From Eledone cirrhosa (taxonomy: Eukaryota), in NCBI GenBank assembly GCA_964016885.1, contig OZ024742.1:226052001-226116000 (forward strand): DNA of 64,000 nucleotides. The letters run 5' to 3'. The translations under genes were made by a program, and so were the position numbers. The notes beneath the pieces are model-generated. The model was given only the letters and a program-made list of their open reading frames with translations. It was not told where the DNA came from and made no database searches. Below are positions 40,291-51,639 of the stretch, piece by piece; the first letter of the stretch is position 1, and each line of letters starts with the position of its first letter.

Positions 40291-40927
40291 ATCAGGATGG
40301 GATCAATTTGAAACTGGTTAGATCATTACTCAACAGAGTACTCGATGTTTGGGGTAGTAGGGTATGGTTATAAAGAGTAGTAGGGTATGGTTATTATTAT
40401 CCTTACGGGGTCGATACAATAAAGTACCAGTAATACACTGAGTAATTGCTGGCCTTGTGCCAAAAGTAGAAACAATTATTATTAAGTGTCAGGACCCAAC
40501 GGCTGAGCTCTTGCTGTTTCAACAGCTAGTTCCAGACTGATTGCCAAAGGGCTTGGTGGCTTACTGGCTGTATCATCAGGGGTGTGGTTTGTCCAAATTT
40601 ATCCAATTGTAAATTCTGTTCATAGAAGTGTTAACTTTCTTTTATGGTTGAACGGGCAGATACACTTGGATGCACACATGCATATATACACTCACTAATC
40701 CTGATATCTACACACACAACCACTTCCTAACCATTAAAAAAAAACTTATATGAAGAGAATTTACAATTGGATAAATAATATATGACTGGGCAAAGTCTAA
40801 AGAACTTTTTTATTGAGAAGTCAAAAATCAAACATATTTGATGTTTTGATACCTCACATTTGTATACACACACACATATATGTGTGTGTGTGTGTGTGTA
40901 AATATATATATATGTATGCACATATAA

Positions 40928-41272
40928 TGGAGGTACATGGCTTAGTGGTTAGAGCATTGGCCTTGCAATCGAAAGATTGTGAGTTCAATCCTCAGACTGG
41001 GTGATGTGTTGTTTCCTTGAGCAAGACACTTTATTTCACATTGTTCCAGTTTACTCAGCTGTAGAAATGAGATGATAGGGACCCCAGTCCCTATCATTCC
41101 ACTGCAAAGTGGTCGTGTAGGTGCTACGGCAAAAAAGCACCCAGCACTCACTGTAAATGAGGTTGGTGTTAGGAAGGGCATCCAGCTGTAGAAATCAAGC
41201 CAGCATCAGTTCCCGTCCCACCCTTGCAAGCAGGGAAAAAGCGGACATAAAATGAAATGATGATGAAATGAC
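40928..41272 (+). mobile_element. tRNA-derived SINE with RTE-derived 3' tail containing the 48-bp unit
   Basis: A box tggcttagtgg, B box gagttcaatcc, central ccttgagcaagacactt block. Then a tail nearly identical to the RTE 3' UTR at about 45920-46020 (aaaaagcacccagcactcactgtaaatgaggttggtgttaggaagggcatccagctgtagaaatcaagccag) and a GAT tail. Confidence 0.85.
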
Positions 41273-41453
41273 GTATATATATTTAATATATAGAAACTGC
41301 TGAGCTTGCGGTTGATCCTCTACTCTCATCAATATTCCCTGTCTGCATTGTAACAGCTTCCTAACCGCAACCAATTTTCATAGTCCACACTGTTCCAAGT
41401 TTCAAGCAAACTGCAAAACTTCTCATTTATTTATATATATCTGTATATTGCAG

Positions 41454-41623
41454 GTATATTTAGAACAAGGTGGGGCATATCGACCATTATTTATGATCAA
41501 AGGATGTTGTCTTTCTATGGAGTTAAATCTAGAGACCAATTCCATTCCATTTGGTGCTGTTGTTCTCCAGAGTTCCAGTACACGCAAACTTGCCGTGACC
41601 AACACTGGAGACATGAATGCCAT
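41454..41623 (+). CDS. HYDIN: HYDIN coding exon
   Basis: ttgcag|gtatat ... gccat|gtaggt; 170 nt; VYLEQGGAYRPLFMIKGCCLSMELNLETNSIPFGAVVLQSSSTRKLAVTNTGDMNA (NTGD motif of ASH/Hydin-type repeats). Confidence 0.92.
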
Positions 41624-41851
41624 GTAGGTATCCTTGCTTTCACCACCACCACCATCACCATCACCATCATCATCATCATCATCATCAACAGCATCACCAT
41701 TGCCACTATCATCACCATTACTACCATCACCACAACAAGAACAACAACAACAATCACCACCATTCCGTCACTACAACAATCAGCATCAATACCACCACCA
41801 CCACACTCACCATCTTGTATGTAAAGTTGGTTGTATAATTGTATATTCCAG

Positions 41852-41987
41852 GATCCGCTGGGATACTGATAAACTTTCTCCGGACTTCTCTATCTCTCCT
41901 GTACAATGTCATGTGATTGTTGGCAAGCAGGTCGTCTTTGAGGTCGTCTTCAAACCCATCGCCATACAAAAGGATATTCGTTATAAG
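41852..41987 (+). CDS. HYDIN: HYDIN coding exon
   Basis: ttccag|gatccg ... tataag|gtactg; 136 nt, phase-compatible; IRWDTDKLSPDFSISPVQCHVIVGKQVVFEVVFKPIAIQKDIRYK. Confidence 0.92.
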
Positions 41988-42008
41988 GTACTGCTGCTGC
42001 TACTCCTC

Positions 42009-42039
<31 letters not shown>

Positions 42040-42139
42040 CACTACTACTACTCTTCTTCTCCTCTCCTCCGCATCCCCCCTTTTCTTCTTCTTCTCCCCC
42101 CTCCTTCTTCTCCTTCTTCTCCTCCTCATCCCCCTCCTC

Positions 42140-42545
42140 CTCCTTCTTCTTCTTCTTCTTCTTCTTCGTTTTCTTCTTCTTCTTTTTCTTCTTCTTCTTC
42201 TTCTTCTTCTTCTTCTTCTTCTTCTTCTTCTTCCGATGATCATGTGGACAGAGTCCTCAAGCAAGCCTTCCAGAGGTTCCTATCAGGAGCAACCAACTCC
42301 AATTGATCTGGCTGAATTCCTAAGTGAGACCAACTGAGCTTATGGATATTGTCTAACCATCTTACTCGTGGTCTATTCTAGGGTCTCCTGCCTATAAAAT
42401 ATTTTCTTAGACAGTCTGACCACATGTCCAGAGTACTGGAGAGTGATATCTTGACATGGAGAAGTAGTCGCTCTACCTGGAGCGACTTCCTGATCTCTGA
42501 GCTATGCACTTTATTGAGTAATATTCCAAAGACCCTTTAGAGGAA
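42140..42545 (-). mobile_element. 3' fragment of a second, different RTE-like LINE with (GAA)n tail
   Basis: Minus strand gives RRP*NRPRVRWLDNIHKLSWSHLGIQPDQLELVAPDRNLWKACL (GRP..RW...DR..W C-terminus), followed by (TTC)n on +. Confidence 0.65.
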
Positions 42546-43766
42546 CTCGAAAGACCCTTCAAAGGAACTTTATCTCAGTGTAAGTGGCTAAATGTTCCAC
42601 AAACACTTGTATGCTTAATGTAATTCTCAAGGAGATTCAGCATTACACAATGTGTGACAAAGTTGGCTTTTCTGATCACATTTTAGCTAGTATAGATTTG
42701 AGTGTTTACTGTATTTAATGTTGGTGGCATAAAGTATACAAAAAGAAGATATTTGGTGGAATACTGGTATTGTTCGTGGTGCTACTGCATTCTCCATTGA
42801 TGGCAGAGAGGATATCCTTAAGTAGGATATAAATTGGTAGGCTGCGTGTTTATGTTTAATAATAAGTTCCATAGTTGATGAAAAAATCTGAAAGCATATT
42901 TGAACTTGCAATAATGGTTTATTCTCTTTAAAACAAATTAACACAGTTTCACCATGAAGTAAGCTGCATCAGTAATGAGTTGCATTAGTCCTCTCAGGAC
43001 AAAACCTGGAATGCAACTGAACTGAATAGATATTTAGGCATGAAATTCCCCTGCTGGGCGGAAATTACTGCTTGGTATTCCTACGCCGCCGACTTAAGGG
43101 CCTGATAACTGACCAAGCATGACCCAATCACTCTGCCACGATAAGGTAGTGCCATTGCTTGCTACAACATATACAGTCCTTTTTGTATTAGAGTGTAAGT
43201 AGCTGAGTACTCCACAGACATTTGTACTCTTAACATAATTCTCAAGGGGATTCAACATGGCACAATAAGTGACAAGAATGGCTCTTTAAATTACAGTCTG
43301 GGCTTCCAAACAGTTACTTTCTAACCAATTTCATTAACAAGGCATGGATTAATCTGAGGAATGTTTTTAGATAAATATAGACACCTTTCACTTTCAAATC
43401 GGCAATTCTGTATTGTAGACTCACAAATGATCTCAGTCAGTTTGGTGTCAAATGTGTTAACAAAGGTTCTTTCTTACATAGAATTATGATGGATGGTTTT
43501 TTAATAAATATTAATACCATAAAATAAATTGAGTTATATCATAGAAAAAGAGCCAATTTCAAGTACTTTGACATCAAAATTTCATGTAATTTGACATCAA
43601 ATGGGTTAACAAAGATTCTTAAATATAATTATGATGGAAGATTTTTAGATATACGTGTATATAACTTTAAAATAAAAAGTTTTTTATTGAAGAATCAGGG
43701 ATGGTTTTAAGCCATTTGCTATCACAAAGGTTAAAGATATTGATATATATATTTTGTATTTCACAG

Positions 43767-44066
43767 AATATACCATGTTATGTGAATGAAGGAGAATACC
43801 CCCCATTGTTACTGACCCTAACAGGTACCTGTACTGGTACCCCCACTGTGAGGGAAATCTGTAACTTCCAAACTTGTGTACGACAAAAGGACACCAAAAA
43901 TCTTGTTATTAGCAACAAAACCAACCAACTGTGGGAGCTGAGGCCAATTATTGATGGCATCTATTGGCAGGGACCCCTAAAGTTCATTGTTGAACCACAG
44001 AGTAGCAAGTCTTATGAAATTACCTACAAACCTATGAGGATGACCAGTGATGGCAAGAAACATTCA
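43767..44066 (+). CDS. HYDIN: HYDIN coding exon
   Basis: tcacag|aatata ... cattca|gtaagt; 300 nt; NIPCYVNEG...SNKTNQLWELRPIIDGIYWQGP...YEITYKPMRMTSDGKKHS. Confidence 0.94.
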
Positions 44067-44476
44067 GTAAGTAATGAATTTATATCTGTATATATACAGT
44101 GTAGGGGTAATTGAAACTATGTGAATGTGTATATACATTCACACAGACTTTAAGCTGTATACAGATACACATTCATTGTATACTTCAATATATATGGTAA
44201 ATGTTATACAGTTTAAGAATTAAAGATACAAATAAAATATTGCTGTTTAACCCTTTTGTTACTGAATTTCTCATGAAATACACTATATTTATTACCCCTT
44301 TTGCAACCATATTTATAATGAAATACACTATCATTTAACTAATGAAGAATTTAGAGGGATGAAAAGGAGGTTCAAAGATGATTGGAGGGACAGAATGGGT
44401 GGAAGAGGTTCTATATTGTTACCCCTTTATGATAGTACATGTTCTTCTATATTCTTGTTTATATTTCTCTCTCCAG

Positions 44477-44640
44477 GGGTCAATACTGTTTCCCTTACCT
44501 GATGGTACTGGGATCTTCTACAATTTATTTGGGATTGCTGAACCCCCTAAGGCTGCCGATAAATTCTGCCGAGATATTCCCTGCAAGACAAAGTACATAG
44601 AACTTCTTCCTGTTGTTAACTGGACTCGTCAGACAATAAG
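44477..44640 (+). CDS. HYDIN: HYDIN coding exon
   Basis: ctccag|gggtca ... aataag|gtaaga; 164 nt; GSILFPLPDGTGIFYNLFGIAEPPKA...IPCKTKYIELLPVVNW (FPLPDGTG is characteristic of HYDIN). Confidence 0.95.
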
Positions 44641-44859
44641 GTAAGACCACACTGCTTTCACCCTCACCCTCTAACTCAATCCTTCTTTCCATCATCCCCC
44701 ACTCTTTCCCATCACCTCACACCAACTCCTGTTACCTTCCACCCTCTCCCCCATCACCTACCACCACCATACCCTATTGTCTAGCCCCACCCCACCATCT
44801 ACCATCCTCTTCACAATATCCCTACCTTCATCAGATTATCTATCTTCATACTGTGGTTC

Positions 44860-45345
44860 CAACACTAGAGAAGCTTTCATGTCCTTGAAACAGCTTAATA
44901 GTTCACTGACCCTTTATTTGGCTTGTTTTCTACAGCCGGATGACCTTTACAGAGTGGACTGGGTGCATTTTGTCATGGCACCAACACCAAAGAAATTGTT
45001 GTCTTTGACACAACCGAAGAGTCCTCTCAACTTTTTGTTTGAATTGATTTCTACAACCAGATACCCATTCTATTACCAACCTCTTTACAGAGTGCACTGG
45101 GTGTATTTTATCATGACACCAAGGACAGAAATGTGTTCAGTTGTGGCAGAACCACATCTAGCCAAGCTCTGTAACTGACGCTCTTGTGTACACGATAAGA
45201 AGAAGAAGAATCATCCCACCAAATACTAAAGAAATTGTCATGTCTTTGACACAACTGAAGAGACTTCTCAATTCTTTGTTCGACATGGTTTCTACAACCA
45301 GATACCCTTTCTTTCACCAACCACTTTACAGAGTGTACAGGATGC
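44860..45345. repeat. Degenerate three-unit tandem repeat incorporating part of the RTE-tail 48-mer
   Basis: ctttacagagtg(g/c/t)ac(t/a)gg recurs at about 44945, 45083 and 45324, each preceded by tttctaca(g/a)cc(g/a)gat and a gtc(c/t)ttga(a/c)aca block. Confidence 0.65.
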
Positions 45346-45425
45346 ATGTTTATAATTTGTTTTGTACTTCTTTTTATGTTGATTCTAAATATGTTGACTG
45401 CTTCCTCTTCCTATCTGTGTTTCAG

Positions 45426-45576
45426 TTTTGATGTGAAAAAGGAAGTGATGAAAACTGAAAAATTAGACCCAACCACAATGTTAACAGGGCTAGATTTCAT
45501 TGATGTACCTGCTGCTAGCCAGAAAAACTACCAACTTGGTTTTCATGCTTACAAGGAAGGAATTACCTACGTAAAA
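45426..45576 (+). CDS. HYDIN: HYDIN coding exon
   Basis: tttcag|ttttga ... gtaaaa|gtaagt; 151 nt; FDVKKEVMKTEKLDPTTMLTGLDFIDVPAASQKNYQLGFHAYKEGITYVK. Confidence 0.93.
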
Positions 45577-45631
45577 GTAAGTCTACATTATCATCAGCTT
45601 CTTGATATATATATATATATATATATATATA

Positions 45632-46137
45632 TGACAGCTGCATAAAAAGGTGCAGAGCACTAGAAGTTGATGGAAACCGCGGAGTGGGGAGACCCAAGAT
45701 GACTTGGGATGAGGTGATAAAAGCCGACCTTACCCAACTACACCTCTCAAAGTCAATGACACACGACCGTGACTTCTGGCGTCACGCAGTAATACAGGGT
45801 ACCCGACCTCCCATGGGTACATGCTGAAGCATATAAACAATATGCCCCCCCCCCCCCCCCACCGCATGGTGGTCGTGGAGGTGCCACGGCAAAAAAGCAC
45901 CCAGCCCACACTGTAAAGTGGACGTGTAGGCGCCACGAAAAAGCACCCAGCACTCACTGTAAATGAGGTTGGTGTTAGGAAGGGCATCCAGCTGTAGAAA
46001 TCAAGCCAGATCAGTTCCTGTATGAGCAAGGCATGGTCAGCCGACCAGACACTGCCCACAACAGGACAACCCGTCTAACCCATGCTAGCGTGGAAGAACG
46101 GACGTAAAACGGTGATGATGATGATGATGATGATGAT
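45632..46137 (+). mobile_element. Short 5'-truncated RTE copy (ORF end, 3' UTR with two 48-bp units, (GAT)n tail)
   Basis: DSCIKRCRALEVDGNRGVGRPKMTWDEVIKADL...; then aaaaaagcacccagcccacactgtaaagtgg, ggaagggcatcc and (gat)n. Confidence 0.92.
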
Positions 46138-46194
46138 ATGTGAATGAAAATAGAGCGAGAAACGGGACTGTCCATCATCAGTGATATATATATA

Positions 46195-46606
46195 TATGAG
46201 GGTAATCCCAAAAGTAAGGTCTCCAAAGTGATGGGGACGCAGAGAAACTGTTCGTATGGCTGTTGGCAACACTGTTGTGATTGGTGCTTCCTTCACTCCC
46301 AAACAAGCATGCGCGCGCTTCGCTGGGATGCTCAATCTTGGCTTAGCAGCCATTGAGAATGGACCTCCCGTTGAACGCTACCGCCAAGTGCGAATTTCGC
46401 GCAATTATTGTATAGAGGGCAATCCCAAAAGTAAGGTCTCCTTCCGAGGAAAACATGCGTAAAGATCGGCGGATCACTCTGGATGCTCTCTGCATTTTGG
46501 TTCCTGAGGTTTCCCAAAGCACCATCCACAGGATTTTAATGGAAAAGTTGCAATATCGGAAGTTGCAATATCAGAAGGAGACCTTAATTTTGGGATTGCC
46601 CTTGTA
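46195..46606 (+). mobile_element. Internally deleted mariner element(s): two left TIRs and one right TIR
   Basis: TIR gaggg(t/c)aatcccaaaagtaaggtctcc at 46195-46224 and 46413-46441; inverted copy at 46577-46606; TA flanks. Internal DRRITLDALCILVPEVSQSTIHRILMEKLQYRK resembles a mariner HTH. Confidence 0.85.
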
Positions 46607-46610
46607 TATA

Positions 46611-46946
46611 TACCTGGGTGACAGAACCAGCAGTGGAGGAGGGTGCTCTGAAAGTGTAGTAGCCAGAGTTAGAACGGGATGGAAAAAGTTCAGAGAGCTA
46701 ATGCCGCTGTTGGCCACAAGGGGTTTTTCTCTAAAAATGAAAGGCAGATTGTATGATGCATGTATACAAATGGCGATATTACATGGTAGTGAGACTTGGG
46801 CATTGTGTGCTGAAAACCTGCGTAGATTAGAAAGAAATGAAGTTTCCATGCTCCGATGGATGTGTAATAGTAACGTGTGCGAAAGGCGAAGCATAAACAA
46901 GCTAAGAGGGAGACTAAGTATAAGAGGTATCAAATGTTGTGTTCTA
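46611..46946 (+). mobile_element. 5'-truncated RTE copy, left half (interrupted by CR1-like insertion)
   Basis: YLGDRTSSGGGCSESVVARVRTGWKKFRELMPLL...IRGIKCCVL matches the RTE ORF. Confidence 0.93.
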
Positions 46947-49900
46947 AATAATAAAAAATAATAATGAAATTATTGTGTAAAGTGCTCAGGTGCACTACAA
47001 CTTGTCTAAGGTGTATGTATAGTACATAGAATAATACACAAATGTCAGGGAAGTGAATAGTGTATGAGTCATGGTATACATGTGTGTATGTGTATGGAGG
47101 GGGAACATTAGCTGTAGTGTTGGCAGATCTCGGGAAGCATGGAGGCCTTAAAGGATGCAGTGTCTCGACAGCTAACAACTGATGCAGGTAGTTTGTTCCA
47201 TGCTTCAGCAACTCTGAGCGTGAAAAAATGTTTCCGAAAGTCATGGGAACTGTGCTGTTTTCTGACTTTGTGGGCATGTCCACGTGTGTTAGACACATGG
47301 AAATCAAAAAGGTACTCAGGGTTGTTGTTGGCAAGATGGTTAACAATTTTGTGGGTGTTTACCAAGTCAGTTGCCAGGCGTCGGAGCTTCAATGTATCCA
47401 TGCCCAGGGAAGCAAGGCGCTCAGAGTATGGTAGATGCCTGATGGAGGGTATTCGCTTGGTTGCACGTCTCTGAACAGTTTCCAGGCAGTCAATGTTCTG
47501 AGCAAGATAAGGGTTCCAGACTGGTGATGCAAATTATATATATATATATACATAAAGTACAAAGACGATGTGGTAAGATACCAAATTCTAAGTGTGGCCG
47601 CACCATAGCCTTAAATAGATATCTGGAGAGTGGCTGACAAAGGTCTTGCTGAGTGATGCTAAGACACGCTCGGCCCTCTTGACAATTTTAGAGACGTGCT
47701 TCGTCCAACGCAAATCGCTGCTGACTGTAATGCCCAGGTCACGTTCACAAGAAGACTTCTTGATATTAGTGCTGTGGAAGGAGTATGTGGACGCTGGGTT
47801 TTTATTCCCAAAATGCATGGTGGTTCACTTGTCCACAGCTAGCTTGAGTTGCCAGTCTGAGATCCATTGTTGCATTGTGTCCAGGTCAGACTGCAAGCAA
47901 GATCTATAGTGTTCAGGATCTGTCCTTTTTATCTCAAGGTACAGCTTGATGTCGTCTGCGTACTTTAGTACTGTGGCATTCTTTAAGTTGGCATCTATGT
48001 CATTAATATATGCCACAAACAAAAGGAGGCCAAGAACAGATCCCTGCGGTACACCAGATGACATCTCATATGGTGAGGAATGCTGTCCCAGAACCGTGAC
48101 TACCTCTCTTTAACTGAGAATGAAGGACTTCAACCAGTTAAAAAGATCATCCTTCACACCCATTGCAGAGAGTTTTGCCATAAGCTTTTTGTGTGGCACA
48201 GAATTGAAGGCTTTCGCAAAGTCAAGGTAAACAACATCCACCCATGAGCCGCCATCAGTGATCCGGGTGATGTCCTCAAGAAACTCTATAAGTTGATCAC
48301 AGTAGCTGGAGTTGGGGATAAATCCAAATTGCGAGGGCTGGATAAGACTGTGAGAGCTCCAGAAGTACCAAAGTGTTTCTCTGACACAGGATTCCATCAG
48401 TTTGGCAATGCAACTAGTAAGACTGACTGGACGATAGTTCACAGGTGATGTGCAGTCACCCTTTTTGAACAGTGGAATGACACTGGCAGTTTTCCACTGT
48501 TGTTCAGACAGAATTGGGAGAAGCTTGATAACTGGTGTAGAAGGAAGTACCCACCACGTTTAAGAAGCAGGTACGTAACACCATCAAGACCAGGAGAGGC
48601 ATGGTTGCGTTTATTTTTTAGGTGACGTCGCAGCATTGCAGGTGTAAATTCCATGGTTGCAATAGAGTCCGGTGTCATAGGTGGTGGAGATGGTACACTC
48701 TGGTCTTCAATAGTGAAAATGCCTGCATAGCATTCAGCAATGAGCTCTACGCATTCCTTGGGGTCGTCAGTAACCTGGCTTGTGTGGGGATTGTGAAGAG
48801 GACCAACTGGAGAGTGAGGCCTCTGCTTTGAGTGAACATACTTCCAGAACACCTTACTATCAGGGCTGGTTGCTATGCGCTGCTCAAATTGAGGCACTGC
48901 TTTTTCGTCACCTGTTTGAGGTGGTTGGACGATCTATTTCGCCTCTTCCTATTAATGTCTGATTTGTGAAGTTTGTACTCACGTTCAGCATTGCGCCGTT
49001 CTTTTCTGGCAAGACAGACTGCTGCAGTCTCCCAAATTGCACTTTTGGGATGTTTTTTCCGCTTACGTGGCATCGATGCTGCACATGTTGTCCATATTGA
49101 GCTCAGGATGTTCTGGAATACAGTGTTGACATCTCCAGAGTCGTAGAACTCAAGCCAGTTTGGCCGTTGCAACTTGGTGCAGTAACAGTTCCAGTCTGCT
49201 TTATTCCAGTCAAAGTGAGCAGTTTGGAGATGGTTGTGGTTCTTGTTACTGCCCATGAGGGATAGATTAGCAATGATCATAGCATGATCAGAGTCACCCA
49301 AAGGTTCCTTAGCAGTAACACTAATGACCGTTTCAGGAGTAGTGGTGAAGAGTAGGTCCAACGTGTTATCACCTCTTGTTGGGGAGGTGACCACTTGGGA
49401 CCAACTCAAGTCCAGCACTAGCTCAAGGAAATCATTTGCACTTGGCGGCCAATGAAAGGTTTCCCAGTCAATCTCAGGGTGATTGAAGTCTCCTGCAATG
49501 AAAACATAAGTGGCTGTCTTCCTGGCAGCAGCTCTGAGGATATCACAAAGTTGAGTGTCCTGATGGTAATTTGGGGGATGGTAAACGACTCCAAGTAACA
49601 ATGTTGACATGGTCATACGTATATCGCAGAAAAAAGCTTCCTGCTGTGATTGGTTCAAAAAGGAATTGCCAACAGATTTGACCGAGCGTAGACCATTACA
49701 CCACCACCACCACGATTAATGCGGTCTTTACGAAACAGGTTGTAGCCAGTCACGCTGAAAACCCCATCACAGAGTAAGGGATGTGCCCAAGTTTCCGTGA
49801 CTGTAATGAAGTCAGGGTTGATACTTTTGACGTAGGAGTCAAAAAGATGAATCTTATTGCATAGACTACGTGCATTCAAGGACAACAATTTGTACCTTGA

Positions 49901-51071
49901 TTCCAGTATATGATTATGTGCAGGGGATGGCAGGTTGTTCTGATTTAGTTTCCCAGAGTTTTTTCAGTTTCTTTATTGTCAGTTGTTGTGGGTACAGTGT
50001 TTTCAGACCAGCTGGTATCTCTTTTCCATGTTTCGCCAGCCTTAACAAACTTCCATATCTGCCCATCATCTCGTAGGCTGAAGCTTTCATGTTATGCCGA
50101 GCTGCGGTTTAAGGAAGCTGCAGCACGCAACTTTGGACAGACATCAGGTGGAAGACCAGGGCGTGTTCGGAAAGCAATCCGTCTTTCACGCCTAGCTTTA
50201 TCAGAGGCTACAAGGTATGAACATGCCTCAGTTGAGTTTGAAAACGACAGTCTAATTAGCCTGGGTTTCGGGCCTGGTCGGCCAAGGCGTAGAACACCCT
50301 TTGCGGGAGCACAGCCCAGGTCTTTGGATGAACTGGCAGCAAATGCCTGAAGATCAACTATGTCTTCTGGTACACCAATGGCAATCACTTTGTGGTTTGC
50401 AGATTCAGTGGCATTCTCAGTGCGTCTAGGTTCAACATGAGGTACGCAGAGATTTTTTAACAAGGCACTCCGGTAAGATCCCTCATTGTGGGGTTCTACA
50501 CGAACGCTTGATTTTATTCCTGCTATTTCTCGTCTTAAAGCAGAAATCATTTGCCGTATTTCCTCAAACTCCGTATTGACGGTCGGTTTTTGTTGTTGTT
50601 CTTCTCCTTCAACAGGCATGGTAGGGGAAGACACAGTCGTCGGTTGTTGTTGTTGAAAAGTAACGGGTGAGGAAGACATGGGTTGCTGTTGTTGATGAAG
50701 TCCTTCAACGGGGGTAGTAGCAGAAGCTACGGTCGTTGGTTTTTGCTGTTGTTCAGGAACAATGGTAGAGGAAGACACGATCCTCGGTTTTTGTTGTTGT
50801 TGTTCGGCAACAATGGTAGAAGAAGACACGATCTTCGGTTTTTGTTGTTGTTGTTGTTCTGCAGCAATGGGAGAGGCAGGCATACAGTCCAGGCACTGAA
50901 AGGACCAGTTTGTTAGCTGGACCATCTCCCAGAGTCTATCCATCGTAGCCATATGATGTTTCTTGTTTTGGCCTGGGATCTTCTGGAAGCCTGTGGCGCA
51001 TTGAAGGCAGACAGAGATGTGACAGGTTCCACATTCGACCCAATGATTATGGAACGAGTTTTCGGGTTCCG
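46947..51071 (-). mobile_element. CR1/L2-like LINE, slightly 5'-truncated: ORF1 (PHD remnant) and frameshifted ORF2 (APE-RT)
   Basis: ORF2 pieces LNARSL, TETW, GDFN, LDL, SDH, NYRPVSLTS, YLDFAKAF, GVPQGSVLG, KYADD, HFFTLRVAEAWNKLP; (TTA)-rich 3' tail at 46947. Several frameshifts. Confidence 0.95.
50092..51071 (-). pseudogene. ORF1 of the CR1-like LINE (partial PHD finger, Gln-rich tandem repeats, coiled coil, RRM-like C-terminus)
   Basis: WVECGTC...C..C ... WSFQCLDC; FEEIRQMISALRREIAGIK; VIAIGVPE ... VLRLGRPGPKPRLIRLSF. Confidence 0.8.
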
Positions 51072-51615
51072 GAGAGGAGATTGCGTTGGTATGGACATGT
51101 GATGTGTATGAAGGACGACAGCTGTATAAAAAAGTGCAGGGCAATGAAAATTGATGGAAGCTGTGGAGTGGGTAGACCAAGAAAAACCTGGGACGAGGTG
51201 ATAAAAACTGACCTTGCCCACCTACACCTCTCTAAGACAATGACACTGGATCGAGACCTTTGGCGCCATGCAGTTGTACAGAAGACCCGACTGCCATTGC
51301 ATACAAACCTACAGTCAGTAGGCACCTCTTAACTCAATGTACACCCCACCCTCCCTCTCCCGTTCTGTCCACTGTGTCGAAGACACAACATACCACACTG
51401 TAAGGTGGCCATGTAGGAGACACGGTGAAAAGGCTTCCAGTCCACACTCTAAATGTGGTTGGTGTTAGGAAGAGCATCCAGCTGTAAAAAAAATCTGCCA
51501 GAGACGGTTCCGTGCGAACGAGACATGGTCTCCTGATCATTCCCGCATCAAATGAAACAAAACCATCTAACCCATGCTAGCGTGGAAGATGGATGTTAAA
51601 CAATGATGATGATGA
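51072..51615 (+). mobile_element. RTE copy, right half (ORF end, 3' UTR with about two 48-bp-like units, GAT tail)
   Basis: Resumes ERRLRWYGHVMCMKDDSCIKKCR exactly after ...KCCVL at 46946. Confidence 0.93.
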
Positions 51616-51639
51616 TATATATATATATGTCTGCCATGA

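Noticed and set aside
40928-41005. tRNA gene
   Set aside because: A and B boxes are present but there is no clean cloverleaf, and it continues into a SINE body and tail. The same applies to the heads near 56087 and 56290.
41504-42306. Poly-His, poly-Ser, poly-Arg and poly-Phe ORFs
   Set aside because: Translations of intronic triplet microsatellites. The real coding parts are the two short HYDIN exons.
51072-51180. N-terminal extension of CR1 ORF1 in the ORF track
   Set aside because: It is the antisense of the host RTE, not part of ORF1.
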